NCBI GenBank assembly: GCA_946965045.2 | Contig: OX337241.1 | Location: 1,240,001-1,304,000, forward strand | DNA length: 64,000 bases | DNA from: Epithemia pelagica | Taxonomy: Eukaryota; Protista; Bacillariophyta | Direction: 5' to 3' | Part shown: positions 13,294 through 24,677 of the stretch, one piece after another | How the letters are laid out: every line of letters starts with the position of its first letter | How positions within the stretch are numbered: position 1 is the first letter of the stretch | Notes under the pieces: generated by a model | What the model saw: only the letters and a program-made list of their open reading frames with translations | Databases searched by the model: none | Told to the model about the DNA's origin: nothing | Position numbers and translations under genes: made by a program

Positions 13294-16200
13294 TCAACGC
13301 TCCTCCATCCTGTCTCTCTTTTCGAACTGTTCCCTAACAGTTCGGATAAGTTCCTCCAGAATCAAGATTCGTCTCTCAATCTCATTCATATTGTCAGCGT
13401 TTCCTCCATTGGCATAATCTTGACAACATTTCAAGTCTTCCAATACTTGATTGAAAATCGCCAATGCAGCCTGGGTGTTTTCAGGCTTTTCATGCCACTT
13501 ATGCCGAATAATTTGCTCCAGTACGAACTCGGAACGACGCATTCGATCCTCTGCGGAGGAAGGATTTTCCGACCGTCGCAATGGAGCTATTGCGACTTGT
13601 AGCAATCCCCGATATGTGTCCTCATTGGGCTCGGCATAAAACGGAGCTTCCTCCGATGACATGCGTTTGAAAATATAGCTCGCATCCGACATAATTTCAA
13701 ACACGTCGCATGCCTTTTCAAAGGCATCCTCTGACTCTAGCGGAGTCATTGCGAAAGCCCAAATGGCTGTGTTAAAATGCCGCACATCCGGCCTATCGCT
13801 GAGTGTACCGTTTTCACACAATTCACAAAATCGTTTCAAGACATGAAACGATTCATGGGGCAAGTGACACACTTTCAAAAGGTTCATATAGCAAAGGTAG
13901 GTATACAGATCAGGCTTTGGAGCGCTCCCGTCCATTTCCATTCTTTCTAAAAGTGAACGTGCCACCGCCAACAATTCTTCAACAGGAACCGTATCTTCAT
14001 TGCCACTGGACCCGGCAATTGTCGTTGTCGCCATTACGAAACATTCCAAAATCAGATTGTAGGTGGGTAAATTGGGTTCCAACCTTGTCGAGGCATCCAG
14101 TTTCCCCAGAATTTCAATGGCGCGTTGAGCTGCCTTGACGGGTTGTGACGAGAAAACCCATCCGTGGAGAATGGAGTTCCAGCTGTCGATATCACTGTAT
14201 ACACCTCCGATTCCAGTATCCGACTGGCCAGCTGGAACAATATCATCCATTGCCATTTGTTGACCTATCTCGTCGGCCTTGTCTACTTGTCCATGTGCAC
14301 AATAGGCTCGTATCAATGCGTTGTAGCAAGACGTCGTGGGTCGTAGAGCATCACAGTTTAATTCCAGGGACAAACGGTGCACTTTGTCAATGGATGTTTG
14401 AAGAATGAGCGGATTTTGTCCACAGTGTCCCAGGCACTCCACCAAGGGAAACACTAACACTTCCGCATGTTGCAAGAAAAGCGGATATGTTCCTTGACGA
14501 CAATGATCTAGAATCTCATCCAAGAGAGTCTGGGCTCCCTGGATGATTGTGGCCATATCGGAAGGAGAAATGGGGACACGAGAAACCATGGAGTAGGCCC
14601 GAACGACCCCATTGTACAACTGCAGGACCTTTGTCTCGTCGTCGCCACCAACACTAACAACCGAGGTTGAATCATGCGAGTGGTTTGATTCCTCCATCTT
14701 GGACAATGGCATGGCGGCGGTCCTGTTCAATGTCTTCCAACTCTTGAGTAACTCGTACGACCGTCGAACAACCCGCTGTGGATCCACCATGCCCAAGGAA
14801 TCGCACCAAATCTCGACCAGGTTCGCGTACATTTCGGCATCGGGTCGATACTTGTCCATTCTGGTTTCCAAGTACCAGAATCGTAACTGTCGAACCATGT
14901 CGTCCACAAGGTCAATTTCTTCTCGTGACGTCGTGCTGGTTCCTCCCCCGACCATGCGATGCTCGGTGTGGTGGTCCACCGACGTATTATCATGGGACGC
15001 GGCCGCGGCTCTCCATATTTGAATGACATAACGAACAGGTTCCCGATCGGGAAAGTGTGGGTCTTGAGCGGGGTCCCCACAATGTTCGTACAAACATTCC
15101 AAGAGAGCCAACGTGAGAATGGCAGCGTCGTAGGTATTGTTCTTGCCGGCACAGGTTACCACCAATTCCAGCATGTCCTGGAGAGATTGACCCGAGGGCC
15201 GAAACAAGCCCACCGCGCAGTAATTGTTGAGTCGATTCAACAGCCATCGCGGATCCGCCAGGGGTGGTCGACATTCCGGTCCCCAAATCAAGGGTCGGTT
15301 CGCTTGTTGTGCCGCGTGATTGTTGGTGGATTCTTTTTTCTTGTTTCTTCGTCGTACGACCTCACGCATCCACTGCCAAGCCTCCATGGCGCGCTCCAAA
15401 ACGTGGTTTGGCCAGGGCAAAAAATCACGATCCACGGCCGATCCATGGCGAAACGATTCGGCGGCAACCTTATCCAAGAGAGAAAAAACGTTGCGAACAG
15501 CAATCGAAACATCTTGTTCAACGCTTTTGGAGAGGGGGGATTTGAGCAAGGATGCCTTGGTCATGGTTTCCGGCACGAACATGGCACGTTGCAAATCCTG
15601 TTCCAATTGTCTCCATGTTTGTCTCGCTGCTTCTTCCCACTGGGACGACGACGCTTCGGGAGTGTTGGACAGAGACCATTGCAAAAAGGAACAGCGTGGA
15701 TCATGGTCTCGTCCATGAGCCTGAACCTTGCGAACAAGTGCCGATTCAATGAGGGCAAAACATCGATCGTCCGGTGCCACGGCGGGTTGATTGGTTTGAC
15801 GCGCCACTTGTTCCATGGAGTACAAGAGGGACAAGGCTTGATGCACTTGTCCCGATCGGACCAACCCTTCGGCCAATGGTTCATAGGCAGATGTGGTGGG
15901 TTCCAATCGATCCACGGTTTGCTCGAGTTGTTTTTTATTCCGAAGACTATACTCTTGTTCGGATGCCACTTGGAGCTGTTGTTGCATGGTTTCCAAGGCC
16001 CGACGCCAGTCGGCCACGCGTTGTCGAAACAAGTCCAAGGCCTGTTTTTGACACTTGGCATTGTAGGATTTGGTCAAGCATTTGAGAATGACATTGTACA
16101 AGGGTTTGGTCAGTTCGACTTGGTAGTTCCGTTGAGATTCGGACCACAATTGCAACGCCACGGGTCCGGCCAAGGCCGCCAGTTCGGCTTGTGTCGGTGA

Positions 16201-17700
16201 GACGGGGGAGGACTCGTCGTCGTGCGACACGAGACGGTTCTTGGGTGCGGCCGAACCACGTGTTCCGGAAGTGGTGTTGGTCGGTGTCGTCGTCAGGGAC
16301 GCCCAACACCGGAGGACGGCAGTATACACTAGAGCATCGGGAAGAAACTTGTCGACCGTGGGAAAAATGGCACTGACATCCACCAGTAGTTGCAACAATC
16401 TCAGAGATTGTTGAGGAGCTTGGAGATCGCCACTCCGAGACCAGAGGGACACCAGTTTGGAGATGGTATCTCGATCGGGATATCGGTGCCACTGGTTCCA
16501 ATCTGGCAATTCCTCCACCGTTCCCAGTTCCAGTGGACTCGACGACACTGAACGACCCAGGACCAGGGTATCAAAGACGGCTTGGGCCAAGTGGGCAGCC
16601 TGTCGCAAATTGGGTTGCACAAGGGGAATGACATCGCATTGAAAATTCACCAAATGAGAACTCCAGGCAAAGATGCGATGGTCCAAACAGGCCGCCACTC
16701 GCGGAAGGACATCTTCTACCCGCGGCAATCGGGATTGCAACGTCGTCGGACGACCTTCATGCATCCAAATGGTCCGCCAGGTTTGCAAGACCCACGGCTG
16801 TAACAAGTCCTCGGGATGGTGGTCGTTTGGGGGAGAAGAAGGTACCCCAAACAAGCCGTGGGGTTGGGGCGCGTGTTGCATTGGCGAAGACGACAAGGAT
16901 GACGACTGCCCTTGGTGTTGGTGATGGTATTGATGTTCCGCCACGATGCGATCCAACAAGAGCCATCCTTCCAATACCAAATCGGTGAGATAGGGCCAAT
17001 CCAGAACGAGACTGCCACGAACCACTTGTTCTCGTCGTTGTCGTCGTCGTCCGACGGGGTTTTTGGCATTCCAGTGTCGTTGTCGTTGATGACCGTCATC
17101 CTCTTGTTGTTTGTCGGGAAACTCTTGTTGCAAGGCCACCAATGCGTGACCTCGTTGATAGGCGGTTCGCAAGGCCTCGAGTTGGACGGGTGTCAAACTC
17201 CCTCGAGGCGCTTCCAGCAAGGCCAAAATCTCTTCGTCGTCATTTGGTTTCAACAAGGTATACGTGTGTGGCCAGGAAATGTCCGAGTGCTGCAGGGGAC
17301 CAGGATTGTCACCTTGTTTGGTTCCCGGAGGAGTGTTGTTGTTGTGTGAGGGTGGTAGTTTCGTGGTGGCCATGGTTCGATGACACCACGATAATACGGT
17401 TGGGTTCCTTTTCATCATCCTCTCACCAGGCATGGCAGGACATGTTCTTGAATGCAACCAAGCAGGGGGTGAACCATTACGCCACTGCACACTACTACAA
17501 GACTTTGTCATGGAATGGGACGAACCCCAGGAACCATGATTCCAGGATCGACCGTGTTGTGACATGGGTGGTGGATGGTAAAGGTGGTGTCTTGGTGGTC
17601 TCTTGTCGTAGTAGTAGAGATGTTTTGTCCGACATGAATCACGAATGATTCGAGTAGAGCTTTTTCCCAAACTCGGTACTCGAAAAAGGAGACTTGCCAT
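13294..17700 (-). CDS. Pentatricopeptide-repeat (PPR)-like protein, 1468 aa, probably organelle-targeted
   Basis: Intronless ORF with repeated PPR-type motifs: PDALVYTAVLRCW, PTTSCYNALIRAYCAHGQVDKADEI, SWNSILHGW, PNLPTYNLILEC, PDVRHFNTAIWAFA; R/S-rich N-terminus. Confidence 0.85.
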   Translation of the reverse strand: MASLLFRVPSLGKSSTRIIRDSCRTKHLYYYDKRPPRHHLYHPPPMSQHGRSWNHGSWGSSHSMTKSCSSVQWRNGSPPAWLHSRTCPAMPGERMMKRNPTVLSWCHRTMATTKLPPSHNNNTPPGTKQGDNPGPLQHSDISWPHTYTLLKPNDDEEILALLEAPRGSLTPVQLEALRTAYQRGHALVALQQEFPDKQQEDDGHQRQRHWNAKNPVGRRRQRREQVVRGSLVLDWPYLTDLVLEGWLLLDRIVAEHQYHHQHQGQSSSLSSSPMQHAPQPHGLFGVPSSPPNDHHPEDLLQPWVLQTWRTIWMHEGRPTTLQSRLPRVEDVLPRVAACLDHRIFAWSSHLVNFQCDVIPLVQPNLRQAAHLAQAVFDTLVLGRSVSSSPLELGTVEELPDWNQWHRYPDRDTISKLVSLWSRSGDLQAPQQSLRLLQLLVDVSAIFPTVDKFLPDALVYTAVLRCWASLTTTPTNTTSGTRGSAAPKNRLVSHDDESSPVSPTQAELAALAGPVALQLWSESQRNYQVELTKPLYNVILKCLTKSYNAKCQKQALDLFRQRVADWRRALETMQQQLQVASEQEYSLRNKKQLEQTVDRLEPTTSAYEPLAEGLVRSGQVHQALSLLYSMEQVARQTNQPAVAPDDRCFALIESALVRKVQAHGRDHDPRCSFLQWSLSNTPEASSSQWEEAARQTWRQLEQDLQRAMFVPETMTKASLLKSPLSKSVEQDVSIAVRNVFSLLDKVAAESFRHGSAVDRDFLPWPNHVLERAMEAWQWMREVVRRRNKKKESTNNHAAQQANRPLIWGPECRPPLADPRWLLNRLNNYCAVGLFRPSGQSLQDMLELVVTCAGKNNTYDAAILTLALLECLYEHCGDPAQDPHFPDREPVRYVIQIWRAAAASHDNTSVDHHTEHRMVGGGTSTTSREEIDLVDDMVRQLRFWYLETRMDKYRPDAEMYANLVEIWCDSLGMVDPQRVVRRSYELLKSWKTLNRTAAMPLSKMEESNHSHDSTSVVSVGGDDETKVLQLYNGVVRAYSMVSRVPISPSDMATIIQGAQTLLDEILDHCRQGTYPLFLQHAEVLVFPLVECLGHCGQNPLILQTSIDKVHRLSLELNCDALRPTTSCYNALIRAYCAHGQVDKADEIGQQMAMDDIVPAGQSDTGIGGVYSDIDSWNSILHGWVFSSQPVKAAQRAIEILGKLDASTRLEPNLPTYNLILECFVMATTTIAGSSGNEDTVPVEELLAVARSLLERMEMDGSAPKPDLYTYLCYMNLLKVCHLPHESFHVLKRFCELCENGTLSDRPDVRHFNTAIWAFAMTPLESEDAFEKACDVFEIMSDASYIFKRMSSEEAPFYAEPNEDTYRGLLQVAIAPLRRSENPSSAEDRMRRSEFVLEQIIRHKWHEKPENTQAALAIFNQVLEDLKCCQDYANGGNADNMNEIERRILILEELIRTVREQFEKRDRMEER

Positions 17701-18415
17701 GGTCTTTTTATTAGGAATGGTTCACGAATGACATTGCCAAAAAGTATGGATCGGAAGTGCCAAACAAAATCTTCCAGCGACGGCAAACACTGGTGGTCTC
17801 ACAAACACCTTTATGCCTTTTTCGTTTGACGTTTCCGAAAATCTGAGACTCGAGTGAAGCTTGATTCAATTTCGTTTCTCTCTTTCTGTGACCAGGATTG
17901 CCAATACCTTGCAGTAGGAAGAGACGGAGGAAGTCTTCAATGCAAAAGGAGATTTTGTTTCTGCGTTGGTCGTTGTTAGCATCTTCCTGACCTTGAGGCA
18001 TGGAGAAAAATACTCTCTATCTCTTTGTACAATTATATTATTATTGTCTCTATTTCCCAAAAGAATGCAAAATCGTTAGAGATTTTGCTTTTCCGTGCCA
18101 ACCCTTTTACGACTCAACAGCGACGGACACCGAATCGGCATGGTTGGAGCGCGCAAGATAGCTCCCAGGGGGGTTATTACAGGTCGCAGTTGAGTCAGCA
18201 TCTTCGATGCATTCTCTTACTCAAAAAATGCGCATCGCGCATTCGACTCATGAGCGACCTGTACTCACCCCCGCTGGGGAATAGTGCGCAAGTACATCAC
18301 AGGCTTGGCACTTTGGGCATCCGACCTTGGGGACAATACGACGACAACACCAACGATTCCAAAACCAACCACAACCGAAGAGCGGGGATTCCAGTGCACA
18401 CACACGTGTCTGTGA

Positions 18416-19963
18416 ATGTTGGTTCGTCCCACCGTCGTGGCGACTGCTACGATTCCCTACTGGGTAACGACGACGAGTTCTCTACGGACAGTGGCGGCTG
18501 CTGCTACGGCTGCTTGGGTACCCACCCCAACCGTCTCATTCCATCCTCCATTTCGACGTGGGGGTGATCGACGATTGACCAATCACCACGGTGTTCCACA
18601 ACCGCTCCACGGTTCCCGTCCAAAAATCATCCACCACATGTCGTCGTCCTACTCCACGACGACCACCTCATTGTGGCAGGCGTCGGCCGACGACGACGAC
18701 CAAAAGGACGACCACCGAGTATCGCTGGGATTGGTCGATGTCGATTGCAATTTGTGGCACCCGGATTTGCAATCCTTTTTCCTAGAAGGGACACCGGGTA
18801 CCACTACCGAAGAAGCACCACCAGCCGAAAACAATGAACCGGATCCGCCGCGGTTACTGCCCAATCCATGGCACATGTTGCAATCCGATGACCTGACGCA
18901 CATTGCCGCCATGGTGACACCCTCGAGTACCTTGACCGAATCGCGAGTGGCGGCCGCCACCTTGGACCATTACTCCAACAACCCCTTGTTGTCCTCATCG
19001 TCCGTCCTGTTGCGAACCACAGTCGGTGTGCATCCCTATCATGTCACGGACGCCGATGTCACGACACAAACGACCACGACGACCGTCGAACCCTCGTCCT
19101 CCGAAGAACCAACGGTTCCCGCCGTGGCCAATCCGGACGCGATTTCCGCCGGCATGGCCGAATTGCAACGCCTCTACGAGCAACATTCCTCGTGGATTGC
19201 CGCCGTGGGAGAATGTGGATTGGATCGGGCTCCGGGATTTCCACCATTGGACGAACATCAAGTGCCTTGGTTTCGAGCCCAAGTGAACTTGGCCCACCAA
19301 TTGCAACTCCCACTGTTTGTGCATGAACGATGGGCCTTTGACGAAACACTTGAAATCTTGCAAGAGGCACACGAGAAACACTCGCCCTCCAAACAACAAC
19401 AACAAGCACTACAACCACCAATACCCGTTCTCATTCATTGCTTTACCGGCACGGTCCACGAATTGGAAACCTACCTCCAGTGTGGCTATTATATTTCCTT
19501 GGCCGGTGGCTTTGTGGCCAAGGGAATGGCCGCACGGGCCACACGACACGAGTCAGAAACCAAGGACACGACTACTACACTGGATCCCACAACGCACAAT
19601 GCCATGGAGGTGGTCGAGGCCCTCCCTCGCTTGTGGCAGGAAACGGCCTTGTCGGACCGTCTCTTGTTGGAAACCGATGCCCCCTACATGGGCTTTGGCA
19701 ATGGTCGACGAGCCTATTTGCAAAAACACGAGGCGGCCATTCAAACCTTGTTGTCGTCCAAAAAACGCAAACGCTTGCACTCCTCCACCTATCCCAATGT
19801 CCCCTCCTCCTTGACGCAAGTCTTGGACCTGGTGCACACGTGTCTGGTTGAATCGTCGTCGTCCTCCACGAGTGTCGTCGTCTCGCGCCACGAATTGGCC
19901 CACATCACCACGGCCAATGCCCAACGATTGTTTGGATTCTCACTCGGGTCGGCAACTCCCTGA
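18416..19963 (+). CDS. tatD: TatD-family metal-dependent nuclease
   Basis: TVGVHPYH, AVGECGLD, LPLFVHERWA, VLIHCFTG, LLLETDAPY; start codon uncertain. Confidence 0.9.
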   Translation: MLVRPTVVATATIPYWVTTTSSLRTVAAAATAAWVPTPTVSFHPPFRRGGDRRLTNHHGVPQPLHGSRPKIIHHMSSSYSTTTTSLWQASADDDDQKDDHRVSLGLVDVDCNLWHPDLQSFFLEGTPGTTTEEAPPAENNEPDPPRLLPNPWHMLQSDDLTHIAAMVTPSSTLTESRVAAATLDHYSNNPLLSSSSVLLRTTVGVHPYHVTDADVTTQTTTTTVEPSSSEEPTVPAVANPDAISAGMAELQRLYEQHSSWIAAVGECGLDRAPGFPPLDEHQVPWFRAQVNLAHQLQLPLFVHERWAFDETLEILQEAHEKHSPSKQQQQALQPPIPVLIHCFTGTVHELETYLQCGYYISLAGGFVAKGMAARATRHESETKDTTTTLDPTTHNAMEVVEALPRLWQETALSDRLLLETDAPYMGFGNGRRAYLQKHEAAIQTLLSSKKRKRLHSSTYPNVPSSLTQVLDLVHTCLVESSSSSTSVVVSRHELAHITTANAQRLFGFSLGSATP

Positions 19964-20584
19964 CACTCCGAACAATAAAGGAGGACGTTCCAACACAGAG
20001 AAACACGAATTGTCCCAGAAACGTCTCTTTGATGGGCCAATGCTTTCTTTGATTGCCTTTTTTGTCTTGATGTAAAAAAAGGATGACGAAGAAAGCTCGC
20101 GATTCGGCTCGGTGTGTTGTTTTTTTTAAAAAAAAAAAGACAAAAAGTGCCATACAACCACTCTGTGTCCAACAAAGCGATCCTGTTGTTAGAACCTTAA
20201 CCGTAACCGACCCATATACTGTTACGAGAACCATTCTTTGGTGACGATAGCGGTTTGGTTTAACGAAATAAGAAAAGTTATGTTTTGGTGCTACTAGTGC
20301 CTTGGACCTGACGTCTTTAGGGTTCCTCCTCCTCCTTCAAGCTTTCTCCTCGGAAACGGCCTGGTAGGTAAAGGCATACATAAAGATGGTACCGTCCAAT
20401 CCGATTGGGAACCATATCCAGTGCTGTTTCGTGTCCAAAGGACGACCCACACAGCACCTCAGAAACGGAACCATTCGTGGGACATTCTGAATCCGCGGCT
20501 ATCCTCCACCATATACATCACAAGAGCCACGCTGCACAAGTCTGTGAAGGAAGCCGGGCACAATATTCCGGTCAGGGCAAGTTC

Positions 20585-22678
20585 TTAATGTTGAGCAAGA
20601 TTTACATGGGGAACATAGGGTCGTTCGACATGATCCACTTGTCGATCACGTCCTTGATCCAAAATAGGAAAGGCGCGTACTTGATCCAAAACAGGAAAGA
20701 TGCGCATGGGATGGGCTTCCGTATTAAATACATGCTTGTGCAACAAATCGATTTCGGTATCGGGGTCTTGAAGCAAATACAAATACTTGAGGGTCTCCGC
20801 CAAAAAGAAGGATTCCATTTTATCTCGTGGTCGCCCATTCACGTCCTCGACCGTGCTCAATTCACCGTAGGCAATGCGTGTTTTGCAATATTTTTCAATC
20901 GATTGGAAGCATTCCCAACCCCAATCTCGGTACACGGGATCGCCCGTCAAATGATTCAAAATGAAAAAGGATTCAAAGGCTTCTGGTCGCAACAAGTAGT
21001 GTGGTGCGCCACGGCCAATGAAAAAATCTCGACCCTTTTCGAATTGGACAAACTCGGCCGATATTCCAGTGTTCATGCGCGCGTACATTTGATAACAGGT
21101 ATACGTCAAGGCACGAGCAGTCTTCAAATCACGCTGTGCCCGTGCCGAGTTCAAACCCAAGGGATCCGTATAGGCCCCCAAGGCCAAGGATCCACCCATG
21201 AAACATACCAAATGGTCCATTTTATGATTTAGTCGGCCATCGTTTGAATCTGCAATGTATGTCAAACCAGATGGAGTGGAGGTTTGCAGCAGTGAATCAT
21301 GCATCCCTTGAATGGCCTTGTCGTACATTTCTCGGTACATGGATTCTTTCTTCCCACCCTGTAGCCAGATTTTGAGCATGTATTCATAAACGGAATCTCC
21401 CATGGCACCAAATGTAACCATTTTGTTGGTGAACTGCGGTCGAATGTCTCCGTTGCTCAATTTGGGCAAATCGACTGGAGCACCGCGAAAAGAATTTTTG
21501 ATGTGATAAGGAAATAGGCCATTGGGTGGACTGATTTCGTGCAACACTTCAAACACACGCTCCGTTTTCTTGGCAAATTCAGGGTGGTTCGTCATTTTGG
21601 AGAGGTATCGATTTTCAAGTTGCACGGTTCCCACCTCTGCCAAAATGGCATTGCCGCCAGACCAGGGAATATTACCGGTAGTGCCATCTTTCAATGACAC
21701 TTGCCCAAACGGAATGCCAGTTTCTGAACCATCAAAGGATCGGAGTAACCTGGTTCCCAAATCCAGAGCCTTGTCCAAGAATGCCTGGTCATGGGAAAGG
21801 TCGTAGGCCGATAGCAATCCTCCCAAGTCACGAATTGTGGTTTCGAAGACAGACACTTTGCCTGTTGTAGAATGATCCAAATGGTCTCGCACCCAATCAC
21901 GAGCTCTCCAAAATTCTTCTTTCATATCCATTAGCCACAAGGTATCCAAGGAATCCACCAAGGTGATGCCCTGTTTCCCCCAATTTTCATTGCCCCTGCC
22001 GGATTGCGGCAACAACTCATCGGATCCAAAGGCATACTTTTCGTATCCACTCCACGCATATTGCATGGCTGCTTTAACAAAGACACGACGACTGCGAGCT
22101 ACCGTGTCAGACTTGGCTTTCAATTCGTCGGTAATCAAGTATGGGACACTGCCGTCTTTGTATTCTTCGAAACGTCTTCCTCCCAAAGGTTTGTATTCAG
22201 TCGATATATCGTAGTTGCTAGGAACCACTTGTAATGGATAGGGATAACTTTTCTGTCCCTTTTGTGGATGCTGAGCGGCTTGCGGTTCGTCATGGTGATT
22301 CACTGCCACTGTCAATGGTTGTTCAGCCGCGTGACGAATATGGTCGTGGTGTTCCTCCTGGTCCATTTGCTTGACCTCATTGCCCACATCGGAACTAGGA
22401 AATTTGCGCCCCCGAAGTAGATTCGGTACGGCTTGCACTTTGTGTCGCAAACTATCCACGTGCATTTGCTTTTCTTCTCCAGTCATTTTCAAAAACATGC
22501 CAGCCACCACCCCGCACATGGCCACAAACACGAGCAAGAACAGCAATAGAAAATGACGGACAATGGGTGGAAGATTTTCGTGTTGTCTTCTTCTTCCATG
22601 TAAACCACCACCGATGCGCTTCGTCGTTCCTCTCCGACGGCTCAGCGACGGTCCTGTCGATCCATTCAAACCCTGCAT
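20585..22678 (-). CDS. Class I alpha-1,2-mannosidase (GH47), type II membrane protein
   Basis: N-terminal TM (FLLLFLLVFVAMCGVVAGMFL); VFETTIRDLGGLLSAY, HLVCFMGG, LLRPE, MESFFLAETLKYLYLL, HVFNTEAHP. The extreme C-terminus may be spliced differently. Confidence 0.95.
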   Translation of the reverse strand: MQGLNGSTGPSLSRRRGTTKRIGGGLHGRRRQHENLPPIVRHFLLLFLLVFVAMCGVVAGMFLKMTGEEKQMHVDSLRHKVQAVPNLLRGRKFPSSDVGNEVKQMDQEEHHDHIRHAAEQPLTVAVNHHDEPQAAQHPQKGQKSYPYPLQVVPSNYDISTEYKPLGGRRFEEYKDGSVPYLITDELKAKSDTVARSRRVFVKAAMQYAWSGYEKYAFGSDELLPQSGRGNENWGKQGITLVDSLDTLWLMDMKEEFWRARDWVRDHLDHSTTGKVSVFETTIRDLGGLLSAYDLSHDQAFLDKALDLGTRLLRSFDGSETGIPFGQVSLKDGTTGNIPWSGGNAILAEVGTVQLENRYLSKMTNHPEFAKKTERVFEVLHEISPPNGLFPYHIKNSFRGAPVDLPKLSNGDIRPQFTNKMVTFGAMGDSVYEYMLKIWLQGGKKESMYREMYDKAIQGMHDSLLQTSTPSGLTYIADSNDGRLNHKMDHLVCFMGGSLALGAYTDPLGLNSARAQRDLKTARALTYTCYQMYARMNTGISAEFVQFEKGRDFFIGRGAPHYLLRPEAFESFFILNHLTGDPVYRDWGWECFQSIEKYCKTRIAYGELSTVEDVNGRPRDKMESFFLAETLKYLYLLQDPDTEIDLLHKHVFNTEAHPMRIFPVLDQVRAFPILDQGRDRQVDHVERPYVPHVNLAQH

Positions 22679-23362
22679 CGTTGTGACTGAGAATGCTTGG
22701 CTCCACTCAGTCGCTTCCGAATGTCCTCAGCAAATGCGAGCTTCTACACCCAAGTACTGTTCTTTGTAATCCTGCTATCGTTGGAAACAGAACGACGAAA
22801 ACAACGTCAGGAGTCTGGAGGCCGATGAAGAGAGGGAGAAAGACCCGAAAGAGCGATGAGAAAAAATGTGGTGAGAAAGTGAAAGGAGAAAAGACCGTCA
22901 CGCACGCGCGCCGTGACACACGTTGAACCGGCTCATTGAATGGGGCCAATTTATTTGGTCATTGGCGATATGAGTACGAGTATCTGTCGAGATCGTGCCT
23001 CTTTGCCGGTAAAGATGCACCATGGATGAATTGCTCCAGACATAATCTCTTTTTCCATACAAGACATCTCATACCTTTATGAAAGATGAAAGATGTATCA
23101 CCAGACTCTCATGGACGAAACAAAATAGTGTTGAACGACGCCGAACTTGCATCGTGCGACCGAATGGGTCCGGGAATCAACCAATCCCAATTGTCATGCG
23201 TGTCCCCAACTCTATTCTAGACAGAAAAATGTTTGTCCACGTTTGGAAAAAATGGTGCAAGACTCGATGAAACCAACCATCGATGTCAAGTCTGTGTGAG
23301 TCTTTTGCCACGCACACATAAAAAGAATCGTTTGATACTTGGATCGGCTGCAGCAAGCAAGG

Positions 23363-24007
23363 ATGAGTGAGTTTGAAACAGCACCCAAAAATTCTTTTAC
23401 CCCAGTTGACGCTACGATGGTCGAAGCCACTAATGGCAAAGATCAAGTTACAGCAGCGACGGAACATGACAAGGAGGACGAGAAAACCAGGTTTCACTTT
23501 TTTTGGGAAACAGAATCTCCCTTTTCCCAATGGCACAGGAGTCGGTATACTCTCAATGGATTCTCCTATAGCTGTGCCGAACAAGGAATGATGCACGGCA
23601 AGGCACTCTTGTTTGACGACCAGGAGGTTGCCGCACTCGTACTGCAAACCAACAATCCGAGGAAAATAAAGAGTCTGGGCCGAAAGGTGCAGGGCTTTGA
23701 CGAAAAGGTATGGGAACAAAATAGATGGAAGATTGTCTACGAAAATTCGGTGGCCAAGTTTACCCAAAACGCCCACATGAGAAAAGCACTACTCAGCACT
23801 CAACCGAATTGTCTCTTGGTGGAGGCCTCACCCTCGGATCGGATATGGGGCATTGGTCTTGTCGAAGCCGAGGCTCGACAATTGCCGCCTTCGCAATGGA
23901 AAGGTCTGAACTTACTGGGGCAGATTTTGACGCAAGTTCGTGACGAAATCGCTACTGGAATGCACAATGATTGTATGATTCAACCAGAACACAATGACAA
24001 CAACTAG
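23363..24007 (+). CDS. NADAR-family (YbiA-like) N-glycosidase
   Basis: FSQW, AEQGMMHGKALLF, IKSLGRKV, AKFTQN, LVEASPSDRIWGIG. The ORF track starts at a TTG; first ATG is 23363 and an upstream exon is possible. Confidence 0.9.
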   Translation: MSEFETAPKNSFTPVDATMVEATNGKDQVTAATEHDKEDEKTRFHFFWETESPFSQWHRSRYTLNGFSYSCAEQGMMHGKALLFDDQEVAALVLQTNNPRKIKSLGRKVQGFDEKVWEQNRWKIVYENSVAKFTQNAHMRKALLSTQPNCLLVEASPSDRIWGIGLVEAEARQLPPSQWKGLNLLGQILTQVRDEIATGMHNDCMIQPEHNDNN

Positions 24008-24426
24008 GACGACGAACGACTTTCTCAATCTATTCAAGAACTAGGTTGAATAACATTATGATGCCATCTCTGAGCAGGGAATTGCTAACATGCGCCATTT
24101 TCAGCAACTTTCTAGGTAGTAGAGTAGATGGACGGGGAGACAAGGTGAATTGTTTCATGGAGCTTCATCTATTCGTGTAAGGCATCATTTACTTCTATGA
24201 TCCAGAAGCATCAGATGCTATTAAGCTTTTTATGAAGAGTTTATTTCTTATCGTCTATTGTATTGTGGCTTTGATGAAAATGGGCACCCAATCAACAAAC
24301 CCCCTTTATTGTATTCTCGGGATCACCCCCGTTCCACCACGACCCCCTTCCATCCGGTCGCGGTTGATCGGATCATGAATCATGAAGTCCCGCCCAGGAA
24401 ACACGACACACAAGATCTCTCGACAT

Positions 24427-24640
24427 TGTTAGGACAAGTGGATGCGAGTAAGGCAAAGGAAACGAAAAGTGCGACTGAAGAGGAAAAGGCCCAATGGACT
24501 TTGGTGACACGTCAGAGTCATAGGCACAAGATCGAGGCGAAACAAACAAATGAGCCAAGAGGAGGCTCATTCTTTTTAAAATAACACGAGATCATCTCTA
24601 GTGGTTACTTGTACGGTACGACCGGAGTTGTGTTTCAACA
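24427..24640 (+). repeat. 5' LTR of Copia-1 (214 bp)
   Basis: TGTTAGGACAAG...GTTTCAACA; differs from the 3' LTR by one substitution and a 2-bp indel. Confidence 0.95.
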
Positions 24641-24677
24641 TATTTTAAAAAGAAAACAATCATTCAGCTTACACTGA

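Noticed and set aside
24641-24660. Possible half-tRNA PBS for Copia-1 (TATTTTAAAAAGAA read as a Leu-UAA arm)
   Set aside because: The implied 31-39 pair is U-U and the sequence is a low-complexity AT run; the primer for this element remains unidentified
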